A stretch of 63,864 nucleotides of DNA, filler included, from Deltaproteobacteria bacterium (GTDB lineage Bacteria > Myxococcota > JACRCW01), in the NCBI GenBank assembly GCA_016218805.1. It is 4 parts of 4 records of this genome, joined end to end, with 100 filler letters (N's around TTAATTAATTAA, not from the genome) between each part and the next. Parts side by side here need not be neighbours in the genome. Positions count along the whole stretch, not along the records: positions 1 to 24,880 come from JACRCW010000049.1; positions 24,981 to 29,807 come from JACRCW010000052.1; 2 more parts are not named here. One strand, written 5' to 3'. This document shows, piece after piece, positions 19,002 through 28,277 of the stretch. Each line of letters opens with the position of its first letter. Positions within the stretch are counted from its first letter, which is position 1. The notes below the pieces were generated by a model. That model ran no database searches and was not told the DNA's origin. It saw only the letters and a program-made list of their open reading frames with translations. The position numbers were made by a program, and so were the translations under genes.

Positions 19002-20051
19002 TCACATCTGGATGGCCACCACGATCCCCAGCGCCACCAGCCCCAGCACCACCAGCCCCACGGCCCCGTACACCACGTAGTCCGCCGCGCTCTTGCCCGT
19101 CGTGGGTGCGGCGTCCTCGGGCTTGCCCTCACCCTCCGCCTCCCCCTCACCGGCCGCCGCCGCCTCGCCGCCCTCCGCCACCGCCTCGCCGCCGTGTTCG
19201 CCGCCCTCGGCGGGCACTTCGCCGGAATGCTCCGCGGGCGCCTCGGCGGCCTCCTCGCCGCCTTCCGCGGCCTCGCCCTCCGCGGGCTGCTCCTGCGGGC
19301 CGGTCTGGAACACCGGGATGTCATCCAGCTTGCCCAGCATGGACGCGGTGGGGTCAATGAACACCAGCTTCACCGCACCCAGGCTGATCTCGTCGGAGTC
19401 CTTGAGCGGCGCGGCCTTCTCAATCTTCTTCTCGTTGATGCACACGCCGTTCTTGCTGCCCAGGTCCTCCACCGTGATGCCGGACCAGTCCTTGCGCACC
19501 AGCGCGTGCCGCCGGGAGATGTTCGCGTCGTTGATGCAGAAGTCGCACTCGGTGGCCCGGCCGATGACCACCTCGCCCACGCCGTCACCCAGCTCAAAGC
19601 GCTTGCCCTCGTCCGGGCCGTTCATCACGCGCAGGTAGGGCGCCTCCGTGCCCCCGCCAATGGAGCTGAGGACCTCCTGCACCATGCGGCGCGCCAGCAT
19701 CTCGGTGCGCTCGGACTGGCCCATCTCCAGCGGCTTGTCCGCCTCCGCCACAAACTGGATGCGGAAATGCATCAGCTCAATGGTGTCCCCGGAGCGGAGC
19801 AGCTTCTTGCCGCCCTGGCCCACCGGCTTGCCGTTGTGTGTGGTGCCGTGCGTGGAGTTGAGGTCCTGCAGGAAGTACTCGCCGCCCTCCAGCACAATCT
19901 TGGCGTGGTTGCGGGAGACCGTGGTCAGCGGGATCTGGATGTCATTGTTGGAGTCCCGCCCCAGCGTGATGATCTCCTGGTCAAAGTCATACGCGTACTC
20001 CTTGGGCTCCTTCCCCGGCATCTCCATCCTGACGTTGAGCTTGACGGCCAT
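19002..20051 (-). CDS. Tandem FHA-domain protein with C-terminal TM anchor
   Basis: Two FHA domains (LGR..SRNHA..DLNSTHGT; IGR..SRRHA..DLGSKNG), an acidic linker and a C-terminal hydrophobic helix. Confidence 0.9.
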   Translation of the reverse strand: MAVKLNVRMEMPGKEPKEYAYDFDQEIITLGRDSNNDIQIPLTTVSRNHAKIVLEGGEYFLQDLNSTHGTTHNGKPVGQGGKKLLRSGDTIELMHFRIQFVAEADKPLEMGQSERTEMLARRMVQEVLSSIGGGTEAPYLRVMNGPDEGKRFELGDGVGEVVIGRATECDFCINDANISRRHALVRKDWSGITVEDLGSKNGVCINEKKIEKAAPLKDSDEISLGAVKLVFIDPTASMLGKLDDIPVFQTGPQEQPAEGEAAEGGEEAAEAPAEHSGEVPAEGGEHGGEAVAEGGEAAAAGEGEAEGEGKPEDAAPTTGKSAADYVVYGAVGLVVLGLVALGIVVAIQM

Positions 20052-20089
20052 GGGTCAACGTCCGTGGCAGGGGGCGGACGGCGCCGCCC

Positions 20090-21313
20090 TCAGCGGGTCT
20101 CCAGCGCGGCGACAAGGTCCTTGCACTCCTGGACCTCGGCAGGGTTCTGCTGACCCGCGCACGAGATGAACTTCTTGCAGTTGTCGATCGCCTGGTCCTG
20201 GTTGAGGACGCCCCGGTAGTACTTTCCCAGCTGGTAGCGCGCCAGGCACAGCTTCTCGTCGAGCGCCAGCGCCTGTTCGCACGCGGAGGCACCCATGTCC
20301 TGCAGGCCCTGCTCAAAGGCGCCCACGCACAGGTTGAAGTAGCCCTGCGCGTAGCCGGGGTTCTGCGCAATCTGGTCCAGGTACTTCTTGAGCCCGCCAC
20401 GCGTGAGCGCCACCTTGGCGGCGGAGTCACGGAAGCCGCGCAGGCACTCCGGCTCCTTGGGGTCCAGCGCCAGGCAGGACGCCCAGTACGTCATGGACTG
20501 GTCATTCTCCTCCTTGGCCCCGTAGATGGCGCCCAGCGTGCCCGCGCACTGCTTGCTCTCCACCGCGTCCTTGGGCGCCAACTCCCAGCAGCGCAGCCCC
20601 ATGTCCAGCGCGCGCTGCAGGTTCTGACGGCGGAACTGCTCGGTGGAGGCGTACTGGCTGCGCTGCATCTCAATGTATGAGAGCTGGAAGTAGCCGCGGT
20701 AGTGCTTGGGATCCAGCTCAAACAGGCGGCGCAGGTGGTCATCCGCCTTGGCGTACAGCTCCTCGGTGTCCTTGAAGTACGCCGTGGCCTTGCCCGGGTC
20801 CGCCATGTTGATGCCCTTCTTGAGCACCTTGTTCTGCGCATCCGCAAACGCAATGTTCCCCTTCTCCGAATACGCGTGCGCCAGGTTCCAGCGCCCGTCC
20901 TTGTAACCGGGGTCGATCTTGATCGACGAGCTGAACATGGTGATCGCCTCGTCGTAATCCGGCGGCTTGGCCACCATGTGCAGCACGCCCATGTTGTTGC
21001 GCGCCTCGGCAAAGTCCGGCCGCGAACGCATGGCGCGCTTGTACCAGTCCCGCGCTTCCCCAAAGTTGCCGCGGTTGAAGTAGATGACCCCCATCAGGTT
21101 GAGGCATTCGGGGTTCTGCTTGTCATACTCCAGGCAGAGCCGGCAGCGGCTCTCCGCGGCGTCAAAGTCCCCCTTGGTGATGTAGTCCTGGCAGGCGCCC
21201 TGGTGACGCAGGACCTCGGGATGATTGGGGTTGCCCCCGGTGGTGCAGGCCGGTACGGCCCACGCAGCAGACAGCGCCACGAGGCCCGCCAGCAAGCGGG
21301 AGTTCTTAGGCAT
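20090..21313 (-). CDS. TPR-repeat lipoprotein
   Basis: Signal peptide ending AVPAC; multiple TPR motifs (NLMGVIY, AEARNNMG, GRWNLAHAY, YFNL). Confidence 0.82.
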   Translation of the reverse strand: MPKNSRLLAGLVALSAAWAVPACTTGGNPNHPEVLRHQGACQDYITKGDFDAAESRCRLCLEYDKQNPECLNLMGVIYFNRGNFGEARDWYKRAMRSRPDFAEARNNMGVLHMVAKPPDYDEAITMFSSSIKIDPGYKDGRWNLAHAYSEKGNIAFADAQNKVLKKGINMADPGKATAYFKDTEELYAKADDHLRRLFELDPKHYRGYFQLSYIEMQRSQYASTEQFRRQNLQRALDMGLRCWELAPKDAVESKQCAGTLGAIYGAKEENDQSMTYWASCLALDPKEPECLRGFRDSAAKVALTRGGLKKYLDQIAQNPGYAQGYFNLCVGAFEQGLQDMGASACEQALALDEKLCLARYQLGKYYRGVLNQDQAIDNCKKFISCAGQQNPAEVQECKDLVAALETR

Positions 21314-21538
21314 TCGGGTACCCATGGGAGCCGGTCTTCCCTCCAACAACATAACGGGGTCCAGGGCGGGGCCACCCTCTGGCCGCGCGAGGCGCCGACG
21401 CGGGGGACAGTAGGGGTGGGGGTTCGGGGGTGTCAAACTGACGGACCGTGGAGGCACGGGGCTGGTACCCCAGCCCAGGCGTCCTACGGCTGGGCCCGCG
21501 CGGACGGCGGGGCAGGTGTGTCCAGGTTGCCTCGTGGC

Positions 21539-21750
21539 CATCGGCAAGCGCCCGCGCACGATCGGCAAGTGCCCGCGCGCCATCGGCAACCGGACTCCGC
21601 GGTCGGCAGGTTCGTCGGCAACGGCCGGGTATGCGTCAGGGCGCGCCCGGGACCCGTCAAGCATGCCTGGGGGATGCATCAGGGCGGCGTGGAGTGTCCG
21701 TCGGCAAGGCCGGGGGACCCGTCGGCAACGGCGGGGGACCCATCGGCAAC
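21539..21750. repeat. Degenerate 21-bp-phased TCGGCAA repeats in two blocks
   Basis: TCGGCAA at 21541, 21562 and 21583, and again at 21701, 21722 and 21743. Confidence 0.75.
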
Positions 21751-21790
21751 GCGGCAGCACGCCTCGGGGACGCGCCGGGACTGGCTGCAC

Positions 21791-21892
21791 CAGCCAGGGA
21801 CGGGCGCGGGTGCCGCCGGGGTGCCGTCGGCACGGTTGCGGCGGCCCAGCAAGCGGCGGGTGGCAATCGGCACCAGGCGCGGAATGGTGGGG
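21791..21892. repeat. 102-bp direct duplicate of 22392-22493 (3' end of gene 22391-23278)
   Basis: CAGCC(A/C)GGGACGGGCGCGGGTGCC...GGAATGGTGGGG is identical apart from one mismatch. Confidence 0.95.
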
Positions 21893-22019
21893 CCGCGCCA
21901 GCCGGGTGCGGCCAGAAAGCACCTCAGCGCTTCCCTGCTCGCCCGCCTGCTTGAACAGCTTGCTCCAGCAGCTTGGGCGAGCGCGGAACCCGTCGGCCCG
22001 GCGTGATGGTTTCTCTTGT

Positions 22020-22295
22020 TCAGCTGCGTGTTGACGGTGGCAGCGACTGCAAGGTCGCCATCTCAGCGCCGACATCCGTGTTCGGGTCGAACGTGGAGAC
22101 GCCGTAGGCGCCAAGCAGGTCAAGAAACTCGACCCGGGTCATCCCGAGCGCCTTGCCGGCCTGGCCGGAAGAAACCGTGCCCTCCGCGTAAAGGCGTACG
22201 AGCAGCGCCTCCAACGCCTTGCGCTCCAACGCAGCGGGCGGCTGCGCCAGCGCGCGGGTCAGGGTGTCGGGCAGTTCGAGGTGAAGCGTGGTCAT
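22020..22295 (-). CDS. UPF0175 family protein (putative antitoxin)
   Basis: LY.EG.VSSGQAGKALGMTRVEFLDLL..YGV pattern; GAAGGAG RBS. Confidence 0.85.
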   Translation of the reverse strand: MTTLHLELPDTLTRALAQPPAALERKALEALLVRLYAEGTVSSGQAGKALGMTRVEFLDLLGAYGVSTFDPNTDVGAEMATLQSLPPSTRS

Positions 22296-22390
22296 GGCTC
22301 CTTCAGCGTAACTGGAACGATGGGTGACTTGCCACAGCCACTCAAGGCGAATGGCAGGTATCCCGGGTAATGCGGCGGGACGGGCCGGCA

Positions 22391-23278
22391 TCAGCCCGGG
22401 ACGGGCGCGGGTGCCGCCGGGGTGCCGTCGGCACGGTTGCGGCGGCCCAGCAAGCGGCGGGTGGCAATCGGCACCAGGCGCGGAATGGTGGGGTCCAGGT
22501 CGTGCGCCGCGTCAAACGCGTGGATGATCTCTGACAGCAGGTGCAGGTTCAGCCCGTCCAGGTAATCCAGTTCGCCCTGGGCCACCCGGCCGGTGGACGG
22601 CGCCGCGGCGGCGCGGCCCTTCTCCCGCACCTGCTTGCCGGCCGCTTCCACCCGCGCCGCGTACGCTTCGCTCAGCCGCGCCAGCTTCACCCGCGCCGCC
22701 AGGTCAGTGTCCCGGGTCTGCAGAAACTCGCGGGCCACCTTGGCGGCCGCTTCGAGCCCGTTTGCCAGCGTCTCAAAGGTCTCCGCCGTGCCCATGGCCG
22801 TCCGCACGCGGGTGCGGTGCTCGGGGTTCATTCCGGCGCAGTTGATCAACACCGTTTCGGCGTGATTGCGCAGCTTGAGGCCCGCCGTGAAGGCGGTCCG
22901 GGCGGCGGCCTCGCGCGTCGCCTTGTCGGAGACGCCTCCGCCGGCGCCCGCAGCGGTTGCACTGGAAACATCACGCAGGTGGCAGGCTTGCCCGACCGCC
23001 ATGGATAGGTATTCCAGCGAAAAGCCCACCAACAGCGCCTTCTGATCGTCCGTTGCGCTGTTCCAGAATTCGAACGACCGGGAATACACGCGATTCACGT
23101 CCGTCACGACCTTGGCACTCACAATCTGCCTACCCAGCTCCACAAAGCCCTCGCGCGAGGTGGCGTTGGTCACGGCGGCCAACTGCGTGGCGTTGTGCGG
23201 CGGAAGGCGCGCTGCCAGCTCGTCCAGCGGGATGCTGGGGATGTTGTCGACGTCCTCTCCGGCGGTGGTGGTGGTCAT
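22391..23278 (-). CDS. Hypothetical all-alpha protein (295 aa)
   Basis: Long ORF with GGGAGG RBS and coding-like composition; no recognised motif. Confidence 0.72.
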   Translation of the reverse strand: MTTTTAGEDVDNIPSIPLDELAARLPPHNATQLAAVTNATSREGFVELGRQIVSAKVVTDVNRVYSRSFEFWNSATDDQKALLVGFSLEYLSMAVGQACHLRDVSSATAAGAGGGVSDKATREAAARTAFTAGLKLRNHAETVLINCAGMNPEHRTRVRTAMGTAETFETLANGLEAAAKVAREFLQTRDTDLAARVKLARLSEAYAARVEAAGKQVREKGRAAAAPSTGRVAQGELDYLDGLNLHLLSEIIHAFDAAHDLDPTIPRLVPIATRRLLGRRNRADGTPAAPAPVPG

Positions 23279-23541
23279 GGGTCCTCCCTGGGTTGGTGCT
23301 TGCCGCGCGTTCTACAAAAGGCCCCCAATCCGTGTGAAGAGAAATTCGTGGCTATCGGTCAGTCGGCGGAGAAACTGCAGATCCGGCAACCCGTGGGCGG
23401 CCGAGTGCGGCAACCCGCTCCATATACCTTTGATTGGGACTGACGCGTCGCGGCATGTGACGTGGCGGAATGCGGCATGTAGCCCTAGACCGTGCGGCGG
23501 AAAGCGCGGAACCTCGCGAAATCCCAATGGGGAGGTTCCTG

Positions 23542-24880
23542 ATGAACCGATTTTCCGTGTGGGCCACGCTCGTCGTGCTGGCCGGCTGTGCGCGCGTTGA
23601 GGGCGACGCCGCTGTGACCGTCCCACAACCCGTGCAACACCAAGCGCTGACCACCTCCCCATCGCTGGGGCGCTTTGTCCTGCTGGCGGAGGATCGCGTG
23701 GAGACCGGTCCACGGTCCGTGGTGCGCGGTGGTGACATCGGGTCGCGCGGCAGTGACGAAGAATGGAACGTGGTGATTGGGAACCGCGGGCGCGTGGAAG
23801 GCGGAAACATCCTGGCGGCCAGCGTGAAGCTGCGGCACGGCGCGGTAGTGGAGGATGTCCAGACAGAACGCTTCAGCGGCGGCGACGCGACGCACGGGCT
23901 GGTGGTGCCGCTGGTGGTCACCGTCCCGGAGTTGCCCGCGGCTTCGGCGGTGGCACCGGGCCACGCGGATGTGCGGGTGCGCCCGCGCATGAGCCGGACG
24001 TTGGCGCCGGGGCGGTTTGACGCCGTGGAGGTGTCAAGCCGGGGAACACTGCGGCTGACCGGGGGCGTGTATGAAATGCGCACGCTTGAGGTGGGCGCCA
24101 ACGCGCACATTGAAGCGAGCGCCCCCACCGAGCTGCGGGTCCAGGGCAGCGTGCGGATTGGCCGCGGTGCAGTAGTGGGAGCCACCTCCGGTACCGCACG
24201 GGATCTGCGGATTGAGTCCGGCGCGGGAACGCCGGAGCGGAACCGCGGCGAACACGATGACGACGAAGAGGGCGAGGAGCACGAAGACCACGCGTGCGGA
24301 TCACCGGTGGAGATCCAGGAGGAGGCGCGGGTGACGGCGTTGGTGCTGGCGCCGGACGCGCGCGTGCACGTGGGCCGTCAGGTGCTGCTGGTGGGGGCGA
24401 TCGCCGGCCGGGGGATCCACCTGGGCCCGCGGGCTGAGGTGAGCTTCCAGGGCGGGTTTGGCGGCGGGTGCACGCCGCAGCTTTGCGACGACGGTGACGC
24501 GTGCAACGGCGTGGAGAGTTGTGACAGCGCGGGTGTCTGCGCGGCCGGAGTGCCTCCCGCGGTGGACGACGGGAACCCGTGCACCGTGGATGGGTGCGAC
24601 CCGGCGTCGGGGGTGACGCACGTGGCGTCCGCCGCCGGGACGGCGTGCGGAGATGGAAATGCATGCAACGGAGATGAAGCGTGTGACGGGGCGGGAACGT
24701 GTGCGGCTGCGCTGCCAGTGGTCTGCGCCGCCCTGGACCAGTGCCACGACGTGGGGACATGTGACCCGGCGACCGGTGCGTGCAGCAACCCTGCAAAGCC
24801 TGATGGCACGGCGTGCAGCGACGGAGATGCGTGCACGCAGACTGACGCGTGCGTTGGGGGAGCATGCGCAGGCGCCTCCC
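23542..24880 (+). CDS. Secreted lipoprotein with beta-helix-like region and myxobacterial Cys-rich repeats; truncated at the contig end
   Basis: GGAGG RBS, lipobox LAGC, repeated CDDGDACN / DDGNPCT / DGTACSDGDACT motifs. Confidence 0.8.
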
Positions 24881-24980
24881 NNNNNNNNNNNNNNNNNNNN
24901 NNNNNNNNNNNNNNNNNNNNNNNNTTAATTAATTAANNNNNNNNNNNNNNNNNNNNNNNNNNNNNNNNNNNNNNNNNNNN
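24881..24980. other. Artificial contig linker (N44-TTAATTAATTAA-N44)
   Basis: Six-frame stop linker embedded in Ns. Confidence 0.98.
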
Positions 24981-25107
24981 CCTTCACGCCCCGCCGGATG
25001 CTCTTCGCCACGCGCGGGGCGTAGTGGCGAAACACGTCCCTCAGCGCGGCGTCTTCACCCGCACGGAAGGCCATCAGGAGGCGCCGGTCCTGGCTCAGGA
25101 GCGTCAT
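24981..25107 (-). CDS. N-terminal fragment of an ECF sigma factor, truncated by the contig end
   Basis: MTLLSQDRRLLMAFRAGEDAALRDVFRHYAPRV resembles the ECF sigma region 1.2/2.1 start. Confidence 0.6.
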
Positions 25108-25276
25108 GGGCTGGTCCCGCGTTGCTTGCCACGGGCCCCGGACGTCCTCTCCCTGCCGCGCCCGGCTCCCGTGTCGCACACGGGGTGCCTGCGCAAATCA
25201 ACCTCCTCGGTGTGCCGGCAAACTCCGGCCACGCACCTGTCACTACGCGCGCCGTGATGGCGCTGGCTCAGGGTGT

Positions 25277-26791
25277 TCATGGATCCGCCGGCGGCACACG
25301 GGGGGATTCCGCGGCCGCGGCAGCCGGCTGGATCATCAGCACAATCCCACCCCGGACGCCGCCGCCGGGAAGCGGGGACACCGGCAGGTCCGCGCCCGCA
25401 AGCGGGACCGGCACCAGGGACGTGCTGGCCACGCGCACCGTCAGGAAACGCCCGGCGGGCAGCTTCCCCAGCAGGCTGCCCCCTTTCACCGGCCCGGCCG
25501 CGCCGCCGCGCAACGGCGGTGCCTCCAGCGCCAGCCATGCGGCGGGCGGCGCCTGGCAGGGGGCCAGCGCCAGCACCACGCGGCCGTCCGCCGCGGGGAT
25601 TTGGCAGCCGTCCGCGGGAGCCACCAGGTCAACGGGCGCGGTGGACAGGGCCTGGAGGGTCAGTTGGGCTTCGGCGCTGGGGAACTGCAGCCGGCCCGCG
25701 GTCACCACCGGGCCACGCCCGCGCCACGCGGCGCGGACAAACAGCGGGCCGGTAACCTGCGCGCGCAGCGGCAGGTCCAGCATCACGTCCAGCGAGGGCC
25801 GCGCGCCAAATCGCAGGCCGTCTACGCCGGCGGCGTTATCGCGCTCGGTGGCGTCACAGAGCAGGCCAATGGCGTCAATCCGGGCCCCGGAAATGAGACG
25901 CAATCCGGCGGGCCACGGCGCGGGTTGGATGTCCTCCTGGCAGCGGAACGGCAGCGCCGCCCCGGTGTCACCCGGGAAGCCTGCGCGCAGCGTCCGGACC
26001 ACGGCGCGGCCGCCGTCCAGGAAGTCCGCGCAGTCCAGTTCCAGCCCCGCCAGCACCCGGAACGCGTTCCAATCTCCAAGCCACGCGCGGCCCGCGGATA
26101 TGACCGCCGTGCCCGGAGGGCATTCATGCAATTGGGGTTCGCCGGGGAGGTCTTCGCCCCAGCCAATGCCCTCCACGCGGTGGGCCGGCGCGCGCCCTTC
26201 CTCCGGCGGCAACGCGCGGCACAACGCGCCCACCTGCGCGAGCGTCCGCGTCACCGCATCCGGCCGCACGCGCACGCCGGTGAGCACGTAGCCCGGGGGA
26301 CACAGACTGGTGTTGTCGCCGGCGCCGCCCGGTCCGCCCGCCATGGCGCGCCGGTTGGCAAACGGATGGTCGCGCTCCTGGTCGGGTGGCAGCGGCGTTT
26401 GGTGGCTGCCCGTGGGCGGCGGCCGGGTCTTGTAGAACCACTGCGGGTCAGCCCGGTGCAGCGCAGTCCGGAACATGCCCGTGTACTGGTTGTCCGCCGC
26501 GCGCGCGTCCGGCGCCACGCCGTCGTCATGGGCGCGCTCATCCGCGGCGGGGAAGGTGCGCAGCGACAGGACATCCGAGTTGGCGGCGCTGGTGGACAAC
26601 GTGTAGGTCACCCACTGGCCCGGCTGCCCGCGGGCGGCGGCAAACTCGCGGTAGGTCAGCGTCAAATCATCCGCGCTGCGGGACGCCGCGGGCCGCCCCG
26701 TCCACTGGTCCGGATGGCACGCGGCCGCGGCGACGACGGACGCCGCGAGCGAACAAACCACGTGACAGCGGCGGGTAGGCATGGTGCGCAA
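25277..26791 (-). CDS. Hypothetical secreted/lipoprotein with choice-of-anchor-X-like motif and jacalin-like repeats
   Basis: Signal-like N terminus ending AAAC; DDGVAPDARAADNQYTG; CPPGYVLTGVRVR, CPPG and GARIDAIGLLC repeats. Confidence 0.6.
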   Translation of the reverse strand: MRTMPTRRCHVVCSLAASVVAAAACHPDQWTGRPAASRSADDLTLTYREFAAARGQPGQWVTYTLSTSAANSDVLSLRTFPAADERAHDDGVAPDARAADNQYTGMFRTALHRADPQWFYKTRPPPTGSHQTPLPPDQERDHPFANRRAMAGGPGGAGDNTSLCPPGYVLTGVRVRPDAVTRTLAQVGALCRALPPEEGRAPAHRVEGIGWGEDLPGEPQLHECPPGTAVISAGRAWLGDWNAFRVLAGLELDCADFLDGGRAVVRTLRAGFPGDTGAALPFRCQEDIQPAPWPAGLRLISGARIDAIGLLCDATERDNAAGVDGLRFGARPSLDVMLDLPLRAQVTGPLFVRAAWRGRGPVVTAGRLQFPSAEAQLTLQALSTAPVDLVAPADGCQIPAADGRVVLALAPCQAPPAAWLALEAPPLRGGAAGPVKGGSLLGKLPAGRFLTVRVASTSLVPVPLAGADLPVSPLPGGGVRGGIVLMIQPAAAAAESPRVPPADP

Positions 26792-26978
26792 ACCCTCCAG
26801 TAGCCCGGCGCGGGCGGGCGTTCACCTCCCCGCGCCCCGTCGGCCGGAGGCCGGCGCCCCAAATGCAGCGCGCGCCGAATCAGGTGCGGTGACCGCGGTT
26901 GCATTGTGCCGGACCGCCCGGGTGGGATAGGTAGCTGCTCGGGGGGACGCACAGCACCCTGCCAGCCTTGGAGGCTCC

Positions 26979-27632
26979 ATGACCGACGACACCGTTGCGC
27001 CACCGCCCGCCGAACAGCCCGCCCTCCAGCCTCCGCCCTCCGCGGCGGCACCGCCGCGTCCCGTTGGGGCCAAGCCGCCGCCCCGCGCCAAAGCCACGCC
27101 GCGCGCACCCAAGATCGCCGAACTGGACGTGCTGGCGGCCGTTGCCGCCATGATCACGCGCTTGGGGGACGCGGAGCGCGGCCGCGTGGTGGCGTGGCTG
27201 ATGGCGCGGTTTGAACAGGACCTGCCCACGCTCTTTGTTCCACCGTCGTCACCGGCGCCGCGCGCCACCGTGGGCCGGCCCCCCGGGAAGACGGCGGCCG
27301 GCAAGCGGACGGCCAAACCCGCCAAAGCGCCCAGGGCCGAGGCGGCCGCCGCCGCGCCGGCGGTGCCCGCCGCGGCCATTGCCAAGGTGCAGGCCGCCCT
27401 GAAAGCCAAGCGGCCCAAGTCCGCCACGGAGAAGTTCCTGGTCATCCTGGCGGCGCTTGGGGACGGTGCAACCACGGGCGAGGTCACGCAGGCCGTGCGC
27501 GCCGTGAACCTCAAGATGGACAACCCCGCGTACGGGGGCTTTGCGGCGGCGCAGCAGAAGCTGGCCAAACGCAGCGGCAAGAGCTGGAGCCTGACGGCCG
27601 CCGGCAAGAAGCGCGTCGCCGTGATGAAGTAG
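26979..27632 (+). CDS. Hypothetical Pro/Ala/Lys-rich protein with possible C-terminal winged helix
   Basis: GGAGG RBS; strongly basic; C terminus WSLTAAGKKRV resembles a wHTH wing. Confidence 0.65.
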   Translation: MTDDTVAPPPAEQPALQPPPSAAAPPRPVGAKPPPRAKATPRAPKIAELDVLAAVAAMITRLGDAERGRVVAWLMARFEQDLPTLFVPPSSPAPRATVGRPPGKTAAGKRTAKPAKAPRAEAAAAAPAVPAAAIAKVQAALKAKRPKSATEKFLVILAALGDGATTGEVTQAVRAVNLKMDNPAYGGFAAAQQKLAKRSGKSWSLTAAGKKRVAVMK

Positions 27633-27708
27633 TCCGGCCCGGCGCCAGACGTCGCATTGTGCTGAACCCGCGCCCAGAAGACGCCGCGCTCCGCAGAACC
27701 TGAAAGGT

Positions 27709-28242
27709 TCAGATTCCTGCCAGCCAACCCGCCCACCAGGTTGGCGCACAATCCCTGAACCCCCTCTCCGTTGTGCTGAGCCGCCGGCATTCGTCCGGCA
27801 TCAACAACCCGGTCTCCTGCAGGCACTGCACGAAGCCGTGGCTGGTCATCACCTCGACCTTCTCGCGAACCGCGGTCACGGTGGCCTTCTGGTCATGGGT
27901 GACAAACACCGCGCCGCGCGTGTGGACCGCCCACGCAATGCTCGCGTGTTCCCCCATGTCTCTCAGATTGCCGGGCTGCCTTGTGCTTCGGAGCGCCTTC
28001 AGGGTGTCGGCCATGCTGCCGCGGGCAGGGAGTGGCTCGACCTTGATGTGCTGCCAGCCTTGCCAAACCCGCAGCGCCGCCGCGTCGGGGGCACCTTTCC
28101 GCGTCAACTCCGCGTGGACTTCTTCCACCACGGCCATGCGGACGGTCACGGCCGCGTGGCCGAGATTTGCCAGCAGGCCCGCGGCGCGAAACAGCGAGAT
28201 CCCATTGGCGTCCAGGACGTGGACCCTGCCCGCCGGAACCAT
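27709..28242 (-). CDS. PIN-domain protein (putative ribonuclease toxin)
   Basis: Acidic PIN pattern: VLDAN, VVEEVHAEL, DMGE and FVTHD. Confidence 0.75.
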   Translation of the reverse strand: MVPAGRVHVLDANGISLFRAAGLLANLGHAAVTVRMAVVEEVHAELTRKGAPDAAALRVWQGWQHIKVEPLPARGSMADTLKALRSTRQPGNLRDMGEHASIAWAVHTRGAVFVTHDQKATVTAVREKVEVMTSHGFVQCLQETGLLMPDECRRLSTTERGFRDCAPTWWAGWLAGI

Positions 28243-28277
28243 GAGAGGACCTCCACTTGGGGAAGCGGCACCCGTGC

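Noticed and set aside
17787..20153. 788-aa plus-strand ORF
   Set aside because: Antisense shadow of the epimerase, acyltransferase and FHA genes, caused by GC codon bias.
20090..21313. Assigning the symbol tgl/pilF to the TPR lipoprotein
   Set aside because: TPR similarity alone is not specific, and there is no pilus gene context.
21314..22123. N-terminal extension of the TPR lipoprotein ORF
   Set aside because: It crosses repeats and the UPF0175 gene; the signal peptide begins at 21313.
24881..24980. TTAATTAATTAA palindromes inside N runs (also 29852-29863 and 61280-61291)
   Set aside because: Artificial six-frame-stop contig linkers, not biology; genes across them are not neighbours.
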